From NCBI GenBank assembly GCA_030141605.1, contig JAQGDQ010000811.1, positions 29,200-93,199 on the forward strand: 64,000 nucleotides of DNA, read 5' to 3'. Under the pieces are notes generated by a model. The model was not told where the DNA came from. It searched no databases and saw only the letters and a program-made list of their open reading frames with translations. The position numbers were made by a program, and so were the translations under genes. The DNA is from Tubiluchus corallicola (Eukaryota > Animalia > Priapulida). Below, one piece after another: positions 46,310-58,300 of this stretch. Each line of letters starts with the position of its first letter. Within the stretch, counting starts at the first letter, position 1.

Positions 46310-49300
46310 CTACAAAAATTTAACAAAGAGTTTAAACCGGGGCTTTTGACTAGAAACGTAAAATGAATGAGAACCATTTTTTCAACAGATCAGCTTAATG
46401 GGGCAGCTCAGCTAAAATCGTGCACTTGTTGAAAAATGTGCACAGATGTGCTAAAGCACATATTCTTCAATTTCGCATGTAGTGACAAGCCGAACATACA
46501 AAATTACGGCGGCCATCTTAAATGCGAATATGGCGTCATGCGTTCGTACAAAAATGTGATTATTTCTGCAAATAACTGCCAAAATGTGCCCATATAAGCA
46601 ACTACACCCATGTTTTTGAAGGCATATCTTACGCTGTGGATATTAGTAGTGTCAACAAAGCCAAGATGGCCGCCAAAAGCCCATCTTTGTAAGAAAGTCT
46701 TTGGCTATCAAACAAACTGACACACTTATTGATATATGGGCTAGGGAAAAAAACTGACATGTTTTTAGTGCCAGAATTACCTATATGTGATTACCAGAAT
46801 ATTCAAAATGGTCGACAAAAGTTCAAGATGTCTAACATGTGTGTAAACCTATCTACGACAAGTTTCTCACCACCAAAATCACATCAAACATCAACTTATT
46901 CAGGTCTATTTTAATATGTGGACAGACACAGAATTCATCGAAGAACCAGCAGTTTTTACTTACCATTGAGTTTCCTAAACTGTGAAAGATGAAGACGACT
47001 ATAGCTAATGCTGTGTTGAGAATACTGAAGATCGAATAGTACCAAACTGATTCATAACTGTGCGCCAAAATTCCAAAAACCCAGGAAGCAGCAGACAGAA
47101 TGATGATGAAGAAATTTGCCTTTTGATTAATTCTGAAAAAACAAAAATTACCTCAAAGCTTACTGGTTGTTAATATTTTTATTAGAGACACTTAAGAACC
47201 TTTACAGTTAAAACAGCACAACTTTATTAAAATTTTTAATTTACATAGTTAAAAAATCACGTCAAATGTTTTGACAGAGCTACTGCTGTCATCATCAGTG
47301 GAAATTTTTACAAACATACAACCAGTTTATATAGGTAGAGCCTACAGTATAGAATATTATGCACTAATTATGTATTTAACAGAAGCCAAATAGGTAACGA
47401 ATAAGCAGACCAGTAGAAAAAATTGATACAGTAAATTATGCACTAATTATATATTTAACAGAAGCCAATTAAGTAATGAATAAGCAGACCTGTAGAAAAG
47501 AAATTGATACAGTAAATTATGCACTAATTATGTATTTACAAAAGCCAAATAGGTAATGAATAAGCAGACCTGTAGAAAAGAAATTTGGTACACTAACAAA
47601 TGTCGAAGTGTTTGAGAATAAAGTTAGCTGCTTTGTACATTAAGAGAAGGCTTATTAGGGTACAGACAGGTAAACTTTCGTTTATTAATATTTTATTAAT
47701 AATTTGTTAATAAGTCCCAGTTATTTGTAGCTTACGGTCACCATAAAATTATTAAAATCAGCTTTGTGGCCAAGGGCACAAATATGGTCATTAATGCTAG
47801 ACGGAGGAGAATTTTACTCACTGTTATTCTTATTATTGCAATCAAATATGGGAATAACAGTGAATGATGATTAGAATCACGGGCAGTCTTTTATAACAAA
47901 AATTAACAAAGTTTAATGAATGTGCCGCTATTTCTTACATTGCGCTGTTGAGTTCAGCCATGTCTGTTGCTGGCAGTGCGGGAAATCTTGCCGTGCCGCC
48001 GGATTCTAACAGAATAAATGCAACGCAAATGATAAAGACGTTGGGGTAGATGATAGTGGCCATGTTGCTACTTTCAAAATGCACCCAACACCTGTGTAAA
48101 TACAAAACTGCTTGTGAAATACAACAAACACAATTTATAAGGAGATGGTTACGTTCACGGATACGGTTACATAATATTTCTTTTGTCAAATGACAGTGAC
48201 ACACAAGTCTTTTCAGCAGGTGAGCGAAACGCAAAGTAACAGATTTGCATGGAAAGTTTTTTGGGACATAATTTAACATTTCCTTTTCTTCCCCTGATTT
48301 ACATTTTTGCATAGGTGACGTCATGTAATGGCGGCTTCAGAACAGTATTGTGGGAGATTTCAAATGAAAACGAACAAAAATTCCTCTTAATGCGAATACG
48401 ATATACGCATAAAATTGCTATAAAGTAGCATAATTTTTAAGGCGATTTTTCTGAAACCTACTTCAGGTGCCCCTTTTCTTGTCCTTTAATTAAACTGTTG
48501 TGATTTTTTTTTAGCTTTTTGGGAAATTTTTTCTTCTTTTTCGGTTTTTCCTTTCTGGCGTGATTCTGTGCTGATTCTATTTCGTAAATTATAAATTACG
48601 GAAAGTAAAAATTTAAAGTTTTTTTCAAGATTGTATTCTAATGTGATCTTAGCGAATATCAGCTTTAATATGTTTTAATGTGATCACGTATTTTAATAAC
48701 ATCTTGGCGAATAGGTAGATTCTTTTATTTGAATCTTCAATGATGGTTTAGTATGTCATGGCGTACTTTTTACCAGTATATTGTATCAATATTGCATTTT
48801 TCATAGTATCAGTATATTTTTTTATCTAATATCTTTGTAGCTAATGTCTCTATTTCTCTGTGTCTCTATCTGTCTATTTCTTTATCTATCTATCTGTCTG
48901 TCTGTCTGTCTATCTATTTATCCATCCATCCGTCCGTCCGTCCGTCCGTCCGTCCGTCCGTCCGTCCGTCCGTCCGTCCGTCCGTCCGTCCGTCCGTCCG
49001 TCCGTCCATCCATCCATCCATCCGTCCGTCCATCCATCCATCCATCCATCCATCCATTAATCTACCAATCACTCAGTCACTCAGTCACTCAGTCAGTCAG
49101 TCAGTCAGTCAGTCAGTCAGTCAGTCAGTCAGTCAGTCAGTCAGTCAGTCAGTCAGTCAGTCAGTCAGTCAGTCAGTCAGTCAGTCAGTCAGTCAGTCAG
49201 TCAGTCAGTCAGTCAGTCAGTCAGTCAGTCAGGCAGGCAGCCAGCCAGCCAGTCAGCCAGCCAGCCCGCCCGCCCGTCCGTCCATCTGTCTATCACAGCG

Positions 49301-52300
49301 GACTTACGTTGTAAGGCTGAAACGTCACGTATTAGTTATTAATTAGGACAACACGTCTAGTGTCTAAGCTTATGTAATTACGACTCGTCTGAAACACGGG
49401 AGGAAGTTGCTCTAATAAGCTTCCCATTTCTATGAGGATGACCCCATTTACGCTAGGCCTGCTTCCCTACACTACCCCCTAATTAACTGAGTATTCATTA
49501 AACACCGGCACCTAAGCAAACGCAAAGTTATACCACTGATGATGAATAAAAGAATTCGAAGTCGCTTTCAGTCACGTGACTGCCAACTCGCGTAAACAGG
49601 AAGAGGAAATTAAAATCGCATTTCAATGGTCTATGTCATACTAATCACCAGATCAACAATCGATCACGTCTGCACTAGCAGCGCTCTCTGTTTGATGATA
49701 AGTTAATGAACTTGCAAGCGTAAGATGTATCATTGTATCAATAAGTTAGGTAGGAAACACGTCTTTTCTGATTAGTAATGAGGTATAAGACCTGAGTATG
49801 TCAACATGTTCGATGCCACGTATCACCTCTTAATTAATCTGATATTCTGCAGCATCTAAAAGTCGATTGAAGGTTATAATTGATAAACAGGTGACGGTCC
49901 ATTTACACGTTAAACGCATTTACTTTCTTGCTCGCCCACTCACTCACTAACATAGTTACTTACTTACTTACCAACTAACTTACTTGCTTAATTACTCGCT
50001 TACTTACTTGCTTACTTGCTTACTCACTTGCTTACTCACTTGCTTGCTCACATACCTGCTTACTTACTTGCGTATATAGTTACTTACCTATCTATCTATC
50101 TACCTACCTATATATCTACCTACCTACTTACCTACCTACCTACCTACCTACCTACCTACCTACCTTCCTACGTACCTACCTACCTACTTACATAGTTACT
50201 TACTTACCTACCTACCTACCTACCTACCTACCTACCTACCTACCTACCTACCTACCTACCTACCTACCTATCTGCCTACCTACCTACCTTCCTAATTACC
50301 TACCTACCTATTTATCTATCTAGCTACCTACCTACCTACCTACCTACCTACCTACCTACCTACCTACCTACCTACCTACCTGCCTACCTACTTACTTATT
50401 TACTTACTTACTTTCGAAGTAATGCAATGTTGGACATGATTATTAACGAGAAAGGTGATTCCTCTAAAAAATTTAGCGCCTCTGCTGATTCACTAACTCA
50501 TCTCAATATGGCACTGACGACTGGCCATGTCATAAGCTCAAGTATCTCATGTAAATACACGTACAGAGAACTTGTCAAGTCGTTCACACTCGCGAGTCTA
50601 CTCCCAGTAAGAACTTGTCAAGTCGTTCACACTTGCGAGTTTACTCCCAGTAAGAACTTGTCAAGTCATTCACACTTGTGAGTCTACTCCCAGAGAGAAC
50701 TTGTCAAGTCGTTCACTCTTGCGAGTCTACTCCCAGAGAGAACTTGTCAAGTCGTTCACACTTGCGAGTCTACTCCCAGAGAGAACTTGTCAAGTCGTTC
50801 ACACTTGCGAGTCTACTCCCAGTAAGAACTTGTCAAGTTGTTCACACTTGCGAGTCTACTCCCAGAGAGAACTTGTCAAGTCGTTCACACTTGCGAGTTT
50901 ACTCCCAGTAAGAACTTGTCAAATCGTTCACACTTGCGAGTCTATTCCCAGTAAGAACTTGTCAAGTCGATCACACTCGCGAGTCTACTCCCAGAGAGAA
51001 CTTGTCAAGTTGTTCACACTTGCGAGTCTACTCCCAGTAAGAACTTGTCAAGTCGTTCGCACTTGCGAGTCTACTCCCAGTAAGAACTTGTCAAGTCGTT
51101 CACACTTGCGAGTCTACTCCCAGTAAGAACTTGTCAAGTCGTTCACACTTGCAAGTCTACTCGAAGAGAGAACTTGTCAAGTCGTTCACACTTGCGAGTT
51201 TACTCCCAGAGAGAACTTGTCAAGTCGTTCACACTCGCGAGTCTACTCCCAGTAAGAACTTGTCAAGTCGTTCACTCTTGCGAGTCTACTGTCAGAGAGA
51301 ACTTGTCAAGTCGTTCACACTTGCGAGTTTACTCCCATTAAGAACTTGTCAAGTCGTTCACACTCGCGAGTCTACTCCCAGTAAGAACTTGTCAAGTCGT
51401 TCACTCTTGTGAGTCTACTCCCAGAGAGAACTTGTCAAGTCGTTCACACTCGCGAGTCTACTCCCAGTAAGAACTTGTCAAGTCGTTCACACTTGCGAGT
51501 CTACTCCCAGAAAGAACTTGTCAAGTCGTTCACACTTGCGAGTCTACTTCCAGTAAGAACTTGTCAAGTCGTTCACATTTGCGAGTCTACTCAAAGTAAG
51601 AACTTGTCAAGTCGTTCACACTTGCGAATCTACTCCCACTAAGAACTTGTCAAGTCGATCACACCCGCGAGTTTACTCCCAGTAAGAACTTGTCAAGTCA
51701 TTCACACTTGCGAGTCTACTCGAACAGAGAACTTGTCAGGTCGATCACACTCGCGAGTCTACTCCCAGAGAGAACTTGTCAAGTCGTTCACACTTGCGAG
51801 TCTACTCCCAGAGAGAACTTGTCAAGTCGTTCACACTTGCGAGTCTACTCCCAGTAAGAACTTGTCAGGTCGTTCACACTTGCGAGTCTACTCCCAGTAA
51901 GAACTTGTCAAGTCGTTCACACTTGCGAGTCTACTCCCAGTAAGAACTTGTCAAGTCGTTCACACTTGCGAGTCTACTCCCAGTAAGAACTTGTCAAGTC
52001 GTTCACACTTGCGAGTCTACTCCCAGTAAGAACTTGTCAAGTCGTTCACACTTGCGAGTCTACTCCCAGAGAGAACTTGTCAAGTCGTTCACATTTGCGA
52101 GTCTACTCCCAGTAAGAACTTGTCAAGTCGTTCACACTTGCGAGTCTATTCCCAGAAAAAACTTGTCAAGTTGTTCACACTTGCGAGTCTACTCCCAGAG
52201 AGAACTTGTCAAGTCGTTCACACTTGCGAGTCTACTCCCAGAGAGAACTTGTCAAGTCGTTCACATTTGCGAGTCTACTCCCAGTAAGAACTTGTCAAGT

Positions 52301-55300
52301 CGTTCACACTTGCGAGTCTACTCCCAGTAAGAACTTGTCAAGTCGTTCACACTTGCGAGTCTACTCCCAGTAACTTGTCAAGTCGTTCACACTTGCGAGT
52401 CTACTCCCAGTAAGAACTTGTCAAGTCGTTCACACTTGCGAGTCTACTCCCAGAGAGAACTTGTCAAGTCGTTCACATTTGCGAGTCTACTCCCAGTAAG
52501 AACTTGTCAAGTCGTTCACACTTGCGAGTCTATTCCCAGAAAAAACTTGTCAAGTTGTTCACACTTGCGAGTCTACTCCCAGAGAGAACTTGTCAAGTCG
52601 TTCACACTTGCGAGTCTACTTCCAGTAAGAACTTGTCAAGTCGTTCACATTTGCGAGTCTACTCCCAGTAAGAACTTGTCAAGTCGTTCACACTTGCGAA
52701 TCTACTCCCAGTAAGAACTTGTCATGTCGTTCACACTTGCAAGTCTACTCGAAGAGAGAACTTGTCAAGTCGTTCACACTTGCGAGTTTACTCCCAGAGA
52801 GAACTTGTCAAGTCGATCACACTCGCGAGTTTACTCCCAGTAAGAACTTGTCAAGTCGTTCACACTTGCTAGTCTACTCCCAGAGAGAACTTGTCAAGTC
52901 GTTCACACTTGCGAGTCTACTCCCAGAGAGAACTTGTCAAGTCGTTCACACTTGCGAGTCTACTCCCAGTAAGAACTTGTCAAGTCGTTCACACTTGCGA
53001 GTCTACTCCCAGTAAGAACTTGTCAAGTCGTTCACACTTGCGAGTCTACTCCCAGTAAGAACTTGTCAAGTCGTTCACACTTGCGAGTCTACTCCCAGTA
53101 AGAACTTGTCAAGTCGTTCACACTTGCGAGTCTACTCCCAGAGAGAACTTGTCAAGTCGTTCACATTTGCGAGTCTACTCCCAGTAAGAACTTGTCAAGT
53201 CGTTCACACTTGCGAGTCTACTCCCAGTAAGAACTTGTCAAGTCGTTCACACTTGCGAGTCTACTCCCAGTAAGAACTTGTCAAGTCGTTCACACTTGCG
53301 AGTCTACTCCCAGTAAGAACTTGTCAAGTCGTTCACACTTGCGAGTCTACTCCCAGAGAGAACTTGTCAAGTCGTTCACATTTGCGAGTCTACTCCCAGT
53401 AAGAACTTGTCAAGTCGTTCACACTTGCGAGTCTACTCCCAGAAAAAACTTGTCAAGTTGTTCACACTTGCGAGTCTACTCCCAGTGAGAACTTGTCAAG
53501 TCGTTCACACTTGCGAGTCTACTCCCAGTGAGAACTTGTCAAGTCGTTCACACTTGCGAGTCTACTCCCAGTAAGAACTTGTCAAGTCGTTCACACTTGC
53601 GAGTCTACTCCCAGTAAGAACTTGTCAAGTCGTTCACACTTGCGAGTCTACTCCCAGAGAGAACTTGTCAAGTCGTTCACATTTGCGAGTCTACTCCCAG
53701 TAAGAACTTGTCAAGTCGTTCACACTTGCGAGTCTATTCCCAGAAAAAACTTGTCAAGTTGTTCACACTTGCGAGTCTACTCCCAGTAAGAACTTGTCAA
53801 GTCGTTCACACTTGCGAGTCTACTCCCAGAGAGAACTTGTCAAGTCGTTCACATTTGCGAGTCTACTCCCAGTAAGAACTTGTCAAGTCGTTCACACTTG
53901 CGAGTCTACTCCCAGAAAGAACTTGTCAAGTCGTTCACACTTGCGAGTCTACTCCCAGTAGAACTTGTCAAGTCGTTCACACTTGCGAGTCTACTCCCAG
54001 TAAGAACTTGTCAAGTCGTTCACACTTGCGAGTCTACTCCCAGAGAGAACTTGTCAAGTCGTTCACATTTGCGAGTCTACTCCCAGTAAGAACTTGTCAA
54101 GTCGTTCACACTTGCGAGTCTATTCCCAGAAAAAACTTGTCAAGTTGTTCACACTAGCGAGTCTACTCCCAGTAAGAACTTGTCAAGTCGTTCACACTTG
54201 CGAGTTTACTCCCAGTAAGAACTTGTCAAGTCATTCACATTTGCGAGTCTACTCCCAGTAAGAACTTGTCAAGTCGTTCACACTTGCGAGTCTACTCCCA
54301 GTAAGAACTTGTCAAGTCGTTCACACTTGCGAGTCTACTCCCAGTAAGAACTTGTCAAGTCGTTCACACTTGCGAGTCTACTCCCAGAGAGAACTTGTCA
54401 AGTCGTTCACACTTGCGAGTCTACTCCCAGTAAGAACTTGTCAAGTCGTTCACACTTGCGAGTCTACTCCCAGAGAGAACTTGTCAAGTCGTTCACACTT
54501 GCGAGTCTACTCCCAGTAAGAACTTGTCAAGTCGTTCACACTTGCGAGTCTACTCCCAGTAAGAACTTGTCAAGTCGTTCACACTTGCGAGTCTACTCCC
54601 AGTAAGAACTTGTCAAGTCGTTCACACTTGCGAGTCTACTCCCAGTAAGAACTTGTCAAGTCGTTCACACTTGCGAGTCTACTCCCAGTAAGAACTTGTC
54701 AAGTCGTTCACACTTGCGAGTCTACTCCCAGAGAGAACTTGTCAAGTCGTTCACATTTGCGAGTCTACTCCCAGTAAGAACTTGTCAAGTCGTTCACACT
54801 TGCGAGTCTATTCCCAGAAAAAACTTGTCAAGTTGTTCACACTTGCGAGTCTACTCCCAGAGAGAACTTGTCAAGTCGTTCACACTTGCGAGTCTATTCT
54901 CAGAGAGAACTTGTCAAGTCGTTCACATTTGCGAGTCTACTCCCAGTAAGAACTTGTCAAGTCGTTCACACTTGCGAGTCTACTCCCAGTAAGAACTTGT
55001 CAAGTCGTTCACACTTGCGAGTCTACTCCCAGTAAGAACTTGTCAAGTCGTTCACACTTGCGAGTCTACTCCCAGTAAGAACTTGTCAAGTCGTTCACAC
55101 TTGCGAGTCTACTCCCAGAGAGAACTTGTCAAGTCGTTCACATTTGCGAGTCTACTCCCAGTAAGAACTTGTCAAGTCGTTCACACTTGCGAGTCTATTC
55201 CCAGAAAAAAACTTGTCAAGTTGTTCACACTTGCGAGTCTACTCCCAGAGAGAACTTGTCAAGTCGTTCACACTTGCGAGTCTATTCTCAGAGAAAACTT

Positions 55301-58300
55301 GCGAGCGAAAACTCTCCAGTGTGAACGCGCCGTAGCAAATATGCCCATGAGTACCATCTGGTGTCAGACAGAGGACTATCCCGTCTAAAAAGCAGCTGAA
55401 GAACTTACGTTTTTTCACTTCCATATTCTTGGTGATAGCTGCCAACAGCAAAGCTTACCATGACTGCTGTAAAGCCTACAAGTGACAAACACAAACGTTA
55501 TTAAACACCTAGATGATATGCTAAACAATTTGTGATAAGACTAAATAAATTACAAATCTGAGGTGGTATACAAAACAGGGATTCTAGTAAAGCAAGTATT
55601 AAAAAACAAGGTAAAACTATCGTCTGAGCGATACTTTCTAAGAATGACGATCACGATGGCGCCGACAACGATGATGACGACGACGACAATGGCAACAGCA
55701 ACAGCAACAGCAGCAAATTAGCAACAGCCACAACAGCAATAGAAGCAGGTGTAAGAGCAGTGCTAGCCGTGGCAACAACAATGGCAATGTCAGTAGTGCA
55801 ACAGCAACAGCAGCACAACAGCATTGGTTACAACAATAGCAGCAGTAGCAGCGGTAACAAGACTGCTACCACTGGCAGCGGCAACGACATAGCAATTTCA
55901 GTGCAAACAGAAATGTCAATGGCAACAAGAATGCCAAAGGCAACAAGAATGCCAATGGCAACAAGAATGCCAATGGCGACAACAATGTCAATGGCAACAA
56001 CAATGCCAATGGCAACAACAATGTCAATGGCAACAACAATGTCAATGGCAACAACAACGCCAATGGCGACAACAATGCCAATGGCAACAACAATGCCAAT
56101 GGCAACAACAATAGCAATGACAATAACAATGGCAACGACAACAACAATGCTAATGGCAACAACAATGCCAATGGCAATGACAACAAGAATGGCAACGCCG
56201 ACAACAATGCCAATGGCGACAACAATGTCAATGGCAACAACAATGTCAATGGTAACAACAATGCTAATGGCAACAACAATGTCAATGGCAACAACAATGC
56301 CAATGGCAACAACAATGCCAATGGCAACAACAATGCCAATGGCGACAACAATGCCAATGGCGACGACAATGCCAATGGCAACAACAATGGCAACGACAAC
56401 AATAAGTGCATGAACATATATCTAAATGCTGTTCACAGTAGGTTTACATTCTTTGAGATAGTGCCAAACGTTAAATTACTGTTAAACTAAAATCATCACT
56501 GTTAAAACTCACCCCAGCCAATTAGAGCATTCTGGAGCCTGCTTAACATGCCGCTATGTGGCACCACATGTGCCATCATACTGTAGATATGTAATGATTC
56601 TAGTAACTTCCACATGAATGATGCGGTGAATACAAAATGCATAAAGACTGCTACTATTTTACAAGCCATCTGAAAAAAATTGGCATCAAAGCTCCATGTT
56701 ATTCGTTTAAGTACTGTAGACAATAACAGAATTAGAGATAAAATTCACTAAACGAAGACAGGATGATTTTTCATATACTACCTCATTTTCAAGTCTGATA
56801 AAATGTATACATTTTAACACAATTAATACCGCAAAAGCGTTTCTGATAATTAAATAATAGACTAAAATCTTAATTAACGGCGGGCGAGCCCAACTATGAT
56901 GACATCACAAACTAACATAATTTCCAACAGCAAAAATATTCCATGAGCGTGTTGCACGTGTTTGCGAAAGCGAAAATTGAAGTACAGTACTACTGTAAGA
57001 TATCCATTGTGCTGTACTAAAACTAGGCAAGTTTTAAGATAAAAATTCAAATTTCAAATTTACTGCTGTGCTCTAGCATGAGCTGTCGAACGCGTGTAGT
57101 TCGTCACAAGCGAGCACATCTGAATTGAGAGGCACAGCACCTGTTTTTTGTGCAATGCGTTTTCGAAATGCCGTCGCTAGTGCCCGTCTAATTAGCGGAA
57201 AGTGAAATGCAGTGAAGAACTAGTGGCGCGAACTCGAAATTGTGTAATAATTCTTTCGCGTAAGTCATTTTTGAAAAAAATAGTATGTTTCCTTTTAATA
57301 TTTTAAAGAGTTGATTGTTTTGACCTACAGTTTAAGATGGGGTCCTTTAAAGATGTTTTGCTTTAAGCTTTGCTACCAGGTGGACAAAATGACAGTATTG
57401 GTGCCGTCTATAAGATTAACAATTCTTTAGCTGAAACTAATTTTATCTGCCAAACATGGCGGTCTCATAACTTGCAACAACTTGGCGACAGTAACTCGCT
57501 GTGCAGTTCACACTTGTGAGTTTGGCTGTTGGAGAGAGTAACTCGCAAAGCAGTTCACACTTGTGAGTTTGGTATCAGAGAGAGTAACTCGCAAAGCAGT
57601 TCACACTTGAGTTTGCTGTCAGAGAGAGTAACTCGCAAAGCAGTTCACACTTGTGAGTTTGCTGTCAGAGAGAGTAACTCGCAAAGCAGTTCACACTTGT
57701 GAGTTTGCTGTCAGAGAGAGAGTAACTCGCAAAGCAGTTCACACTTGTGAGTTTGCTGTCAGAGAGAGTAACTCGCAAAGCAGTAGTCGGAGAGAAAAGT
57801 CGCGACACAAAACTCGCAAATGTGTGAACGCGCCGTTAGTCGCTTTGCAGTCTAACAAGAAGTAGTATTTCGAAACGCCATTATGGGCAAGTTAATGCTG
57901 TTTCGAAATACTATTTCTTGTCAAACAAGAGGGTGCCCAACAGTTATGTCAGAATTTATCACATCCAAAATTATGAAGTAACGTTAATAAATTAAAAATG
58001 GTGGCTGGTGTAAACGTGATTGTTAGGAAAAATTATTGATGAAATGGTAACTCAGAACCTGACGCGGCCTGAGGATATATTTCGTTAAAGCACTACTATG
58101 AGAGACCTAATGAGCTTAAAAACTGCGCAGTTAGCACCATATTAGACGCGACCAGATTTCAAAACTACTGTATTTTGCAACAAGCTCAGGTACCAACCCA
58201 GGTATGGCTGCAGTATTCATTAGAGCATTTTGTTCAGAGTCTGGGTACCTCACAAACAACAATGTAAAATAATCATAAGATATAATAATCATAATCATTT

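Noticed and set aside
55760-56417. Mucin-like MATTMP ORF and its reverse frame
   Set aside because: 18-bp repeat inside a GPCR intron; flanking exons join in phase without it
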